From Chloroflexota bacterium (GTDB lineage: Bacteria; Chloroflexota; UBA6077; FW602-bin22; JAMCVK01): a DNA stretch of 64,000 bases. A program made the position numbers and the translations under genes. Under the pieces are notes generated by a model, which saw nothing but the letters and a program-made list of their open reading frames with translations, searched no databases and was not told the origin of the DNA. Below, piece after piece: positions 55,686 to 64,000 of the stretch; positions within the stretch are counted from its first letter, which is position 1, and each line of letters starts with the position of its first letter. The stretch lies in the NCBI GenBank assembly GCA_023475225.1, contig JAMCVK010000008.1:13018-77017 (forward strand), in the 5' to 3' direction.

Positions 55686-56486
55686 TTAATCCCTGACCTG
55701 TCCACCATCCACGTTGATCGCTTCACCACTGATATTGCGGGCCCCTTCGGAGGCCAGAAAGGCGACAGTACGGGCGATATCTTCAGGTTGTTGCAGGCGG
55801 TGGAGCGGGATGCGCGCTTCTAGAGTCTCCTTAACCTGTTCAGTGGTATTGCCGCTTCGCTTGGATTCTCTATCAATGAGTCCTTTGATCATCTCCGTGT
55901 ATACTGTGCCTGGACAGACAGCGTTTACAGTGATGCCCCGTGGTCCCAGCTCAGCGGCCAACGAGCGGGTGAAACCGATCACGGCCGCCTTGGAGGCGCA
56001 GTAGTTGCTGGCGTAGGGGAAGCCCATCCGACCTGCTATAGAGGCGATACTAACGATCCGGCCTGCTTTCCCCCTGGCCAGCATGTCCTTAACTACAGCC
56101 TTAGTACAGAAAAAGGTCCCCTTGGCGTTCACCGCAAAGACGAAATCCCATGCTTCCTCAGTGAGTTCTGCGATAGCGGCTGCAGCGTTGGCGCCGGCGT
56201 TGTTCACCAGGACATCAATGCCATCGTAACGATCAGCTATTTGGCGCACTGTCTCCTCAACCTCCCTGGCCTGGGTAACATCCATTTTGAGGCGAAGCAG
56301 CCTTCCCTTAGCGGACTCGTCCACCTCCCAATCTGGCGGCTGCAGATCGGTAGCTGCTACAATGGCCCCCCGTTGTAGGAACTCAAGGGCGACGGCCTTG
56401 CCTATACCCCGCCCAGCGCCGGTTACTAAGATGACCTTACCCTCGAAATCCTGTGGTACGGTCCTCAGGTTTGTATCTTGATCCAT
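55686..56486 (-). CDS. SDR-family oxidoreductase (FabG-like)
   Basis: TGAGRGIG, NNAG and YCASK motifs. Confidence 0.9.
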   Translation of the reverse strand: MDQDTNLRTVPQDFEGKVILVTGAGRGIGKAVALEFLQRGAIVAATDLQPPDWEVDESAKGRLLRLKMDVTQAREVEETVRQIADRYDGIDVLVNNAGANAAAAIAELTEEAWDFVFAVNAKGTFFCTKAVVKDMLARGKAGRIVSIASIAGRMGFPYASNYCASKAAVIGFTRSLAAELGPRGITVNAVCPGTVYTEMIKGLIDRESKRSGNTTEQVKETLEARIPLHRLQQPEDIARTVAFLASEGARNISGEAINVDGGQVRD

Positions 56487-56707
56487 TGTTCCTCCTTAAG
56501 CACCCCTTTTTTTATGGCATTACATATCAATCCGCATCCCCTGACCGGGAACAACGGGATTCCACGTCCTTGGCAAATTATATGGTCAGATAACACCGTA
56601 GTCAACGACTAGCCTGAGAGCGTTGTATAGCCCCCCCAAACCGCCGCAGGGGGTTTAAGGTAGCCTGCGGACTTTTCGCACTTTCTAGGATCGGGTGTTT
56701 TGGACTA

Positions 56708-56735
56708 TTGTTACAGGGCTACATATTGCTATAAT
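56708..56735 (+). promoter_or_regulatory. Sigma70-like promoter for the deacetylase-peptide ABC operon
   Basis: TTGTTA 56708-56713, 16 nt, TATAAT 56730-56735. A ~110-nt leader follows. Confidence 0.45.
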
Positions 56736-56853
56736 ACAAAGGGCTTATAATAGATTTTAGTCCCCCATCAAAGCTGGACTCCCCCATATATCTGACAGTA
56801 TACCAGTCTGACCTGGGTGGTCCGAATACGAGGCGGAGAGGAAGGTTAACTGG

Positions 56854-57480
56854 ATGGAAACCAATGGGCCTAAAGTCGGAGAGAAGGTCTTAAGCCTTAC
56901 CTTCGATGGGGGACCTACACCACCTCATACGGATAATATTTTGGGTGTATTGAAACGCTATGGGGCCCGGGCCACCTTCTTTCTGCGAGGTGACCAGGTG
57001 GCCGCCCGCCCTGAGGCTGCCCGTCGAATTTGTGCTGCGGGACACGAGATCGGTAATCACAGCTATTCACATCCAACCCTACCAGCGACAAACTTTCAAG
57101 AGGTAGAACGAGAGATCCTCCGTGCTGAAAAAGTAATCTTAGCTACGACAGGGATCAAGGTGCGGTTATTTCGTCCTCCCTGGGGCCAGACTGATCCGAA
57201 GATAGACGCATTGATTGCCCGCTTGGGCTATTCGAAGGTGCTTTGGACCTACAGTTCGCGCGATTGGACATTACCTGGATCAGAGACTATCGCCCGTAAC
57301 ATCGTTGATGGCGCCGCCGATCAAGCCATCGTGGTCATGCACGACCACATCGCTCAGTTACCAGAGGCCTTAGAGCTAGCCCTGCCACAATTACGGGAAT
57401 ATAGGTTTGTAACGATATCCGAGATGCTGGAGCGAGGGGCCAAGTTACCATCACAGCTGAACAGGGAGTCGACTCCCTGA
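56854..57480 (+). CDS. Polysaccharide deacetylase (NodB homology domain) family protein
   Basis: LTFDGGP, GHEIGNHSYSHP and RPPWG motifs. Confidence 0.85.
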   Translation: METNGPKVGEKVLSLTFDGGPTPPHTDNILGVLKRYGARATFFLRGDQVAARPEAARRICAAGHEIGNHSYSHPTLPATNFQEVEREILRAEKVILATTGIKVRLFRPPWGQTDPKIDALIARLGYSKVLWTYSSRDWTLPGSETIARNIVDGAADQAIVVMHDHIAQLPEALELALPQLREYRFVTISEMLERGAKLPSQLNRESTP

Positions 57481-58403
57481 TGCTGCGTTATATCCAGATC
57501 AGACTGCTGATATCGATACCAGTGATACTGGGAGTTGCGACAGCCGCCTTCCTGATGCTCTATTCTCTGCCTGGCGATCCGGTGATGGCCATGCTCGCTC
57601 AGTCAGGGGCACCGGCCGAGACTGTCGCTCGACTTCGTGAGCAGCTGAGACTCGACGACCCGGGCTATGTACAATATGGCCGCTATATGTGGAGTCTTGC
57701 TCACGGGGATCTGGGCCGCTCTGTCTTAAGCAACGTCCCTGTTCTTGACCTGATCTTGGAGCAGCTGCCCAGTACCCTTCAGCTGGCTGGAGCGGCCATG
57801 CTTATAGCTACCGTTATGGGCGTATCCTTGGGAACCCTCTCCGCTTTGCGGCCCAATTCTTGGCTCGACGATCTGAGTATGCTGTTGGCCCTGCTCGGCG
57901 TCTCGATGCCCAGTTTCTGGTTTGGCTTATTACTTATCTTCTTCTTCTCACTGCGGCTTGGTTGGCTACCAGCCACTGGGGCAGGCGGTTGGGAACGATT
58001 GATTATGCCCGCCTTTGTCCTCGGTTTCGGCTCAGCAGCGGTTATCGCCCGTATGGTACGCTCGGGCCTGCTAGAGGTCTTGGCGCAAGATTACATTCGG
58101 ACGGCGCGTTCGAAAGGATTGATTGAACGAGCCGTCATTATGCGTCACGCCCTTAAGAATGCCCTGATCCCGGCCGTGACGATGATCGGTCTCCAATTTG
58201 GATTTATGCTGGGTGGATCAGTGATCACCGAGACAGTCTTCTCCCGTCCCGGAGTGGGAAGATTAGCTATCACGGCCATCTTGAACAAGGACTTTACCGT
58301 AGTACAGGGCACAGTGCTCTTCATCGCCGTCATGTATGTAGTAGTGAACCTACTTGTTGATCTATCTTACGCCTACTTGGATCCCCGTATTCACCATGAA
58401 TAG
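57480..58403 (+). CDS. ABC transporter permease, peptide/nickel type (DppB-like)
   Basis: MLRYIQIRLL... N-terminus and the EAA-loop region DYIRTARSKGL. Confidence 0.9.
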   Translation: MLRYIQIRLLISIPVILGVATAAFLMLYSLPGDPVMAMLAQSGAPAETVARLREQLRLDDPGYVQYGRYMWSLAHGDLGRSVLSNVPVLDLILEQLPSTLQLAGAAMLIATVMGVSLGTLSALRPNSWLDDLSMLLALLGVSMPSFWFGLLLIFFFSLRLGWLPATGAGGWERLIMPAFVLGFGSAAVIARMVRSGLLEVLAQDYIRTARSKGLIERAVIMRHALKNALIPAVTMIGLQFGFMLGGSVITETVFSRPGVGRLAITAILNKDFTVVQGTVLFIAVMYVVVNLLVDLSYAYLDPRIHHE

Positions 58404-59313
58404 CGTCGGCGGATTAAGGATAAAAACACGAGTGCACAGAGTTGTTGCTACGGCCATTCAGCCGGCGGAGGGGAGAGGCATTTGGCCTGATTGGCTCTTG
58501 CGCTTGGCCAAAAATAGAGGGGCGACAATAGGACTGGCCATTTTCATTTTATTGGTGCTTTGTGCCCTCTTTGCCCGTCAATCTGCGCCGTACGATCCCC
58601 TAGAGCAATCCTTGACCAACATGCTCCGTGCGCCCAGCCTGGCTCACCCTTTCGGCACCGACCAATTTGGACGCGATGTGCTTAGTCGAGTGATTTATGG
58701 CAGCCGTATTTCGTTGCCGATGGGATTCGTCTCAGCGGGCATAGCAGCCTGTTTTGGGGTCATTCTTGGTCTGGCGGCCGGCTACTACGGAGGCTGGATC
58801 AACGCCCTCATAATGCGCTTAACCGATGTAATGCTAGCTTTCCCCACCATCCTTTTATCCTTAGGTATCGTAGCCATGCTAGGACCTGACCTGAAAAACG
58901 TTATGATCGCCGTGGGAATAGCCGGGATTCCCAACTATACACGCCTCGTTTGTGGTTGCGTTCTCTCGGCTAAGGCGAATCTGTACGTGGAAGCAGCACG
59001 GACGATTGGTTGCTCCAATCGACGGATAATGTTCGTGCATATCCTTCCCAACGTCTTTGCCCCAGTGATCGTCCTCTTTACACTCGGCATAGCCTGGGCC
59101 ATTCTCACGGCCGCGGCTCTCAGCTTCCTGGGGCTCGGGGCTCAGCCACCAACCCCAGAATGGGGCTTGCTAGCCAGCGAGGGGCGCAATTATCTCCGTG
59201 ATGCCTGGTGGATCACTACTTTCCCCGGTTTCGCCATTATGATTACCGTCTTAGCTATCAACAAGCTGGGCGATGGGCTGCGAGATGCCCTCGACCCTCG
59301 CTTGAAGATATAG
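58396..59313 (+). CDS. ABC transporter permease, peptide/nickel type (DppC-like)
   Basis: HPFGTDQFGRDVLSRVIYG motif. ATG 58396 overlaps the upstream stop and is preferred over 58354. Confidence 0.85.
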   Translation: MNSVGGLRIKTRVHRVVATAIQPAEGRGIWPDWLLRLAKNRGATIGLAIFILLVLCALFARQSAPYDPLEQSLTNMLRAPSLAHPFGTDQFGRDVLSRVIYGSRISLPMGFVSAGIAACFGVILGLAAGYYGGWINALIMRLTDVMLAFPTILLSLGIVAMLGPDLKNVMIAVGIAGIPNYTRLVCGCVLSAKANLYVEAARTIGCSNRRIMFVHILPNVFAPVIVLFTLGIAWAILTAAALSFLGLGAQPPTPEWGLLASEGRNYLRDAWWITTFPGFAIMITVLAINKLGDGLRDALDPRLKI

Positions 59314-59427
59314 ATGGCTGAGAATGTTGCTGAATATTCTTAACTCAGAGAGGAGTAACTTAACACTGGAAACACAAAACGGTTCTAAGTCAGAACCGGA
59401 CAAATTAAGTCTTCAGGGAGGTTATCT

Positions 59428-61152
59428 GTGAGAACACACAGTAGATGTCTGTGGGTTGAAACAAGTCATCTTCTGACTGGTTGCATCTTGCTGCTCAGCC
59501 TTGTCTTAGTCGGATGCGTTGCACAGCCTCCTGCTCCAACGTCTACACCGACCAAGGCGCTTGGAGCGGTTACGCTGGCCACTTCAACGCCAACACCGGG
59601 TCCGACGGCTATCCCTGTTCCCACCACACCAACCAGGGTTCCGGTTAAGGGTGGAGCGCTGGTGTACGGCTTGAGCTTTGAGCCGACGACATCGCTCGAT
59701 CCCCACATTGGCTCTTCCTTCGATGCCCAGGTGATGATTATGAACGTCTTCGATACCCTGGTCGTGCAGGATGAAAGGGGGTTCCATCCAGGTTTAGCCG
59801 AGTCATGGGAGATAGCGCCAGATGAACTGAGCTACACTTTCAAGCTGCGTAAGGGGGTAAAATTCCATGACGGAACGCCTTTCAACGCCGAGGCGGCTAA
59901 GTTTTCCTTCGACCGCATCGCTGATCCAGCGTTAAAATCGCAACAAGCGACAGCTCTGCTGGGTCCATACAAGTCCTGTGAGGTGCTGGACGGGTATACC
60001 ATAAGGGTTAACTTCAAGGAGCCTTATGGTCCGTTCCTTGATGCCTTAAGTCAAACCTGGTTGGCCATGGTTTCACCGACTGCGGTGAAGAAGTGGGGAC
60101 CGGACTTTGGCCTCCATCTGGTAGGAACAGGGCCGTTCATGTTCAAAGAGTGGGTGCGCAAGGATCATCTCACTTTAGTACGTAACCCGGACTACAATTG
60201 GGCCTCACCGATCTTCAAGCATCAAGGTCCGGCCTACCTCGAGAGCATCACCTTCAAGTTCATCCCTGAGGAGGCGGCTCGCGTAGGAACGTTGGAAACA
60301 GGAGAGATTCAGGTTGCTGAGGATATGCCCTACCGAGAAATAACCCGCTTCGAGGCCGATCCAAGGTATAAGATGTTCCTTAATCCTATACCTGGGCAAC
60401 CCCACGTGTTGATGCTCAATGTCAGCAAAGAACCGACCAACGAGTTGGCCGTGAGACAAGCCCTGAACTATGGGATCGATCAAGAGGTGATAGTCAAGAG
60501 CTTCTTCTATGGGGCAGTGACACCAGCGCATAATGTGCTCTCGGCAGCCTCGTGGGCCTATGATAAGAGTGTGGAGAGCACATATAAAAATGACCTTAAC
60601 AAGGCCAAGGAGCTGCTGGAAAAGGCCAGATGGAGGGTCGGCCCAGGTGGCTTCCGGGAGAAGGACGGCAAGCGACTAACCATCGTCTTAAACACCATGC
60701 CTTTCAACCGCTATCCTGAGGTATTGCAGATAGTGCAATCACAATGGAACCGCTTGGGAGTCGATACCAGGCTCACCGTTATGCCTACCTATTACGCCTT
60801 CTTGTCGGCTGCCCAGCGGAATGAACACAACGCCATGCCCCTCTTCCAACCAGCTATGGATCCCAACGTACTGAGTACCAACTATCATTCCCGGAACAAC
60901 ATGAATTACGGCTGGACGAAGAGTGCCAACGCTGAACTGGACCAGTTACTGGACGAGGGTACGCACACGATCGACAAGGAGAAGCGTAAGCAGATCTACG
61001 CCAAGGTGCAGCAGATCATCATGAAAGAGGCTATGATTGTGCCCCTTTGGGAGGCTTATCAGATAACGGGCGCTCGGGCTGAGGCAAAGGATCTGCGCTT
61101 TGACCCCCGGGGTTGGTATCCTTTGCTTTATGATGTGTACATTCAAAAATAG
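59428..61152 (+). CDS. ABC transporter substrate-binding lipoprotein, family 5 (peptide/nickel type)
   Basis: 574 aa. GTG start after GGAGG. The lipobox is LVGC and the body is SBP_bac_5-like. Confidence 0.9.
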   Translation: MRTHSRCLWVETSHLLTGCILLLSLVLVGCVAQPPAPTSTPTKALGAVTLATSTPTPGPTAIPVPTTPTRVPVKGGALVYGLSFEPTTSLDPHIGSSFDAQVMIMNVFDTLVVQDERGFHPGLAESWEIAPDELSYTFKLRKGVKFHDGTPFNAEAAKFSFDRIADPALKSQQATALLGPYKSCEVLDGYTIRVNFKEPYGPFLDALSQTWLAMVSPTAVKKWGPDFGLHLVGTGPFMFKEWVRKDHLTLVRNPDYNWASPIFKHQGPAYLESITFKFIPEEAARVGTLETGEIQVAEDMPYREITRFEADPRYKMFLNPIPGQPHVLMLNVSKEPTNELAVRQALNYGIDQEVIVKSFFYGAVTPAHNVLSAASWAYDKSVESTYKNDLNKAKELLEKARWRVGPGGFREKDGKRLTIVLNTMPFNRYPEVLQIVQSQWNRLGVDTRLTVMPTYYAFLSAAQRNEHNAMPLFQPAMDPNVLSTNYHSRNNMNYGWTKSANAELDQLLDEGTHTIDKEKRKQIYAKVQQIIMKEAMIVPLWEAYQITGARAEAKDLRFDPRGWYPLLYDVYIQK

Positions 61153-61741
61153 TACCTAATCTTACAGTGTGGGACTGAAACTGTAGTGTGCTATTGGATC
61201 TGGCTCCCTCAAAAAAGGCGACGCCGCGCCGCAATGCCTGTTCGTTCGCCTCTAAGAGATGGCGACGACGCACCTGAAGCACTTTAGGGAGCGAGCTAAT
61301 GACGGCCTCGAGGGGAATAACCTCCGTCGCTCTGATCAAGGCACCAAGGATGATCATATTAGCCAGACGATCGTTGCCAATCTCATGGGCTAAGTCGTTG
61401 GCTGGTATCTCGATAACCAGAATGTCAGCTCTGGTAACCTTTTCCTTCACCAATGATGAATTGATGACTAAAGTTCCCCCTGACTTCAATTTTGGTTCAT
61501 ATTTTTCCTTAGAGAGGGAATTCATCACAATGGCTATGGTGGGACGAGTGACGATCAGCGAGCCTATCTCCTCGTCAGAAATGATGACCGCGGCGTGGGC
61601 CGTTCCACCACGCTGTTCTGGGCCGTAGGCCGGCACCCAGGCTACGTGCTTACCCTGCTTCATACCGGCATAAGCCAGAAGCTGAGCGGCAAACATCACC
61701 CCCTGCCCTCCAAAACCGGCGACGATCACCTCTTCATGCAT
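61031..61741 (-). CDS. 2-oxoacid:ferredoxin oxidoreductase gamma subunit (second operon) with unusual C-terminal extension
   Basis: VIVAGFGGQGVMFAAQLL motif. ATG 61741 follows GAGGGT. The last ~56 aa are low-complexity and overlap the convergent SBP gene by 122 nt. Confidence 0.8.
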   Translation of the reverse strand: MHEEVIVAGFGGQGVMFAAQLLAYAGMKQGKHVAWVPAYGPEQRGGTAHAAVIISDEEIGSLIVTRPTIAIVMNSLSKEKYEPKLKSGGTLVINSSLVKEKVTRADILVIEIPANDLAHEIGNDRLANMIILGALIRATEVIPLEAVISSLPKVLQVRRRHLLEANEQALRRGVAFFEGARSNSTLQFQSHTVRLGTIFECTHHKAKDTNPGGQSADPLPQPERPLSDKPPKGAQS

Positions 61742-61804
61742 ATTTGCTACCCTCATTCAAGATTAGCAAGATTCAGGGCGAATAATCAGGATACCACCCG
61801 CCTG

Positions 61805-62566
61805 TCACCCTCTAAGCTTAGTTAGCTCCTCGCTGACCCTATACTCCCCAAGGGGATAGTGTGGGATCATATTCTCTGCTAACCAGGTTAGGGCCTCGAT
61901 AGGTCGCATTCGCCAGCCGACTGGACAGGAGCTCAACACCTCAACCAGGGAGAAACCCAGACCGGCCAGCTGCGCCCGGAAGCCCAGTTTGATGGCCGAT
62001 TTGGCCTTAGCTACATTAGGGGGATTGTTGACCGCTACCCGGGCGATGTAGGCCGGACCATCCTGTTGGGCTAATAGCTCACATATCCTAACCGGATTAC
62101 CAGCAGCTTTAACATCTCGGCCGCCTGGCGTTGAGGTACTGTATTGCCCAGCCAACGTGGTGGGGGCCATCTGTCCGCCAGTCATCCCGTAGACGGCGTT
62201 ATTCACAAAGATAACCGTGATTTGCTCTCCACGGATCGCTGCGTGAACTATCTCGGCCATACCGATGGCCGCCAGATCGCCATCCCCCTGGTAGGTAAAG
62301 ACGACCTTATCTGGGCGGACGCGCTTAATCCCTGTGGCTACGGCCGGCGCTCGCCCGTGGGCGGCCTCCGTGCAGTCAAAGTTAAAATAGTCGTAAGCGA
62401 AGACAGCACAGCCGACTGGCGCTACGCCGATCGTGCACTCACGGATAGACAGCTCATCGACTACTTCAGCCACCAAACGATGAATGATGCCGTGTGTACA
62501 GCCAGGGCAGTAGTGAGTTGGCGTTTCGGTCAACGCCTCCGGCCGCTTGAAGACGACCTTCACCAT
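61805..62566 (-). CDS. 2-oxoacid:ferredoxin oxidoreductase beta (TPP-binding) subunit (second operon)
   Basis: The homologous part starts at [26 protein letters not shown] (ATG 62566). GDGD motif. The track's 108-aa N-terminal extension overlaps the alpha gene and was rejected. Confidence 0.85.
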   Translation of the reverse strand: MVKVVFKRPEALTETPTHYCPGCTHGIIHRLVAEVVDELSIRECTIGVAPVGCAVFAYDYFNFDCTEAAHGRAPAVATGIKRVRPDKVVFTYQGDGDLAAIGMAEIVHAAIRGEQITVIFVNNAVYGMTGGQMAPTTLAGQYSTSTPGGRDVKAAGNPVRICELLAQQDGPAYIARVAVNNPPNVAKAKSAIKLGFRAQLAGLGFSLVEVLSSCPVGWRMRPIEALTWLAENMIPHYPLGEYRVSEELTKLRG

Positions 62567-62595
62567 ATCTAGCAAGGCTACCAGCCTCCCTTCAT

Positions 62596-63684
62596 CTAAA
62601 ATTGAGTAGGGACTGCTGGGGTGATTTCCCGTAGTGCTGTAGCCAGTTCCCTTAGCGACTCTAAGGCTTCCTCTGCAGAAAGGACCACACCCCCCAGACG
62701 GTTGACAAAAGCAACGTGTGGCCCGTGACCAACAGCCAGCTGCACATCTTCCAACATCTGGCCCATGCTCAGCTCCAGCACCAGAAAAACACGCACCCTC
62801 TGGGCCAGCTCGGTTAATGGCGCATAGGGGAAGGGATAGAGGGAGATGGGACGAAAGAGTCCAGCAACGATGCCTTCCTGACGGGCCCATTTGATAGCCG
62901 TTCGAGCTACCCTGGCCATTATGCCGTAGGCCACGACTACGATCTCAGCATCATCCAGCAGTACTTGGGTATAGCGCACCTCATTAGACCGAATGGCCGC
63001 GTACTTTCTCTCCAAATGGCGGATATGCACCTCGAGCTGCTCGGGTTCAAGATTGATGGACCTGATCACATTTCTCTCCCTCCCCTTGGCTCCAGTAAGA
63101 GCCCACGGTTTGGGAGGCGCTGACACCTCGAACTTACGGAGCTCGACAGGCTCCATTACCTGCCCGATCAGACCATCTGCTAAAACTATCGTCGGATTAC
63201 GGTACTTATCAGCTAGGTCGAAGGCGAGGGCCGTTAAATCCATCGCCTCTTGAACCGAGGATGGGGCCAAAACGATCGGGTGATAGTCGCCATGCCCACC
63301 CCCCTTAGTGGCCTGGAAGTAATCGCCTTGGGCGGGTGCAATACCCCCCAGGCCAGGGCCGGCCCGCATGACATTGACGATGACGGCTGGCAACTCGGCG
63401 CCAGCCAGAAAAGAGATACCCTCCTGCTTAAGGCTGATGCCAGGGCCACTGGAGGAGGTCATAGCCCGGACGCCAGCTGCGGCGGCTCCGAAAACCATAT
63501 TGATGGCTGCCACCTCGCTCTCAGCCTGGAGGAATACTCTTCCCAATTGGGGCATTTTCGCGGCCATATACTCCAGTAGCTCTGACTGAGGGGTAATTGG
63601 ATAGCCAAAATAGGCCTGGCAACCGGCCCGAACCGCCCCCTCGCCAATGGCTTCGTTACCCTTCATTAATATCTTTTCGCCCAT
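62596..63684 (-). CDS. 2-oxoacid:ferredoxin oxidoreductase alpha subunit (second operon)
   Basis: 362 aa, [30 protein letters not shown], a paralogue of 19420-20580. Confidence 0.9.
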   Translation of the reverse strand: MGEKILMKGNEAIGEGAVRAGCQAYFGYPITPQSELLEYMAAKMPQLGRVFLQAESEVAAINMVFGAAAAGVRAMTSSSGPGISLKQEGISFLAGAELPAVIVNVMRAGPGLGGIAPAQGDYFQATKGGGHGDYHPIVLAPSSVQEAMDLTALAFDLADKYRNPTIVLADGLIGQVMEPVELRKFEVSAPPKPWALTGAKGRERNVIRSINLEPEQLEVHIRHLERKYAAIRSNEVRYTQVLLDDAEIVVVAYGIMARVARTAIKWARQEGIVAGLFRPISLYPFPYAPLTELAQRVRVFLVLELSMGQMLEDVQLAVGHGPHVAFVNRLGGVVLSAEEALESLRELATALREITPAVPTQF

Positions 63685-63694
63685 CTGCTCCTCC

Positions 63695-64000
63695 TCATCG
63701 AGGACGTTCGGAAACGCCGCCTCTGCGGGAGGGATGGTTCGCCGTTCGGTAAACAGTTATAGCTACATCGGGGCACATTCTGGCACACAGTGTGCAGCCC
63801 GTGCACTCACCCTCCCGTCCATTGGCTGTACTACGCCATGATTCGAACGGATGCCTCATGGAGTGTGGGGGTAAACGCTCCCCACCCCTCCACATCATCG
63901 CCGGGCGGTATCCCTTATGATTAAAACGATCAGCCAAGACTAGCACTCCCGTGGGGCAGACACTAACGCAGATTTCACATCCTTTACATCTTTCCTCATC
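63695..64000 (-). CDS. 2-oxoacid:ferredoxin oxidoreductase delta (ferredoxin) subunit, 5' end beyond the window
   Basis: Own translation extends the track ORF upstream in frame: DEERCKGCEICVSVCPTGVLVLADRF...CTGCTLCARMCPDVAI. Two CxxCxxCxxxCP motifs are present and the frame is open to position 64000. Confidence 0.75.
   Translation of the reverse strand, partial: DEERCKGCEICVSVCPTGVLVLADRFNHKGYRPAMMWRGGERLPPHSMRHPFESWRSTANGREGECTGCTLCARMCPDVAITVYRTANHPSRRGGVSERPR

Noticed and set aside
56538-56556. Partial MarR-box-like sequence (tcaatccgcatcc) upstream of the SDR gene
   Set aside because: Only an 8-nt core (atccgcat) is shared with the operator. A match of that length is expected by chance in 64 kb on two strands.
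62567-62890. 108-aa N-terminal extension of the OFOR beta subunit given in the ORF track
   Set aside because: The extension overlaps the alpha-subunit gene in another frame and is Cys/Arg/Gly-rich nonsense. Homology to beta subunits begins at [12 protein letters not shown] (ATG 62566).
1-64000. tRNA, rRNA, tmRNA, RNase P, SRP RNA, transposases/integrases and prophage genes
   Set aside because: I scanned the intergenic regions by eye and found no cloverleaf-like or conserved ncRNA consensus segments. No ORF has recombinase or transposase motifs. A covariance-model scan would be needed to exclude small RNAs formally.

Overview
Gene-dense bacterial chromosomal window, moderately GC-rich by eye. 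It carries GC-rich REP-like palindromes and Pro/Thr-rich lipoprotein linkers, a style reminiscent of Chloroflexota-type genomes, but the taxon cannot be proven from sequence alone. No rRNA, tRNA, CRISPR array, transposase or integrase was recognised. The window falls into four blocks. (1) 1-8.15 kb, minus strand: a tightly packed defence/addiction operon, vapBC - Type III res - hicAB - Type III mod - dcm (dcm is cut by the window edge). The mod gene carries a canonical 321-aa intein inside SAM motif I. The intein's endonuclease domain is DUF559/Vsr-like, and the intein has absorbed a REP-like palindrome cluster in frame. (2) 8.4-12.3 kb, plus strand: a roughly 1290-aa secreted PQQ-like beta-propeller protein split into two ORFs by a perfect 10-bp tandem duplication. 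(3) 13-45 kb: a long co-directional minus-strand block dominated by an anaerobic-looking, ferredoxin-linked catabolic island. It holds two xanthine-dehydrogenase-family Mo enzymes, a tungsten-type aldehyde:ferredoxin oxidoreductase, two ATZ/TRZ-type amidohydrolases, a scattered BMP/Nup-type nucleoside ABC transporter, a MarR regulator, an M42 peptidase, an OCD-family enzyme, an LLM oxidoreductase, a 4-subunit 2-oxoacid:ferredoxin oxidoreductase and an acyl-CoA dehydrogenase. The head of the island is the most unusual part: a cyclase-family hydrolase, a corrinoid protein and a full-length MtmB-family (monomethylamine methyltransferase fold) protein with no in-frame amber codon, that is, a non-pyrrolysine MtmB homologue. 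A 13-nt motif in the MarR autoregulatory operator recurs upstream of this head operon. (4) 45-64 kb: a YfhL-type ferredoxin, an SPFH/zinc-ribbon/DUF2207 membrane module, thyX, bioY, DUF47-PiT, sugar and peptide ABC components, a nucleoside phosphorylase, an SDR, a polysaccharide deacetylase and a second paralogous 2-oxoacid:ferredoxin oxidoreductase operon that runs off the right edge. All family calls come from motif recognition by eye on the supplied translations. No database search was run.
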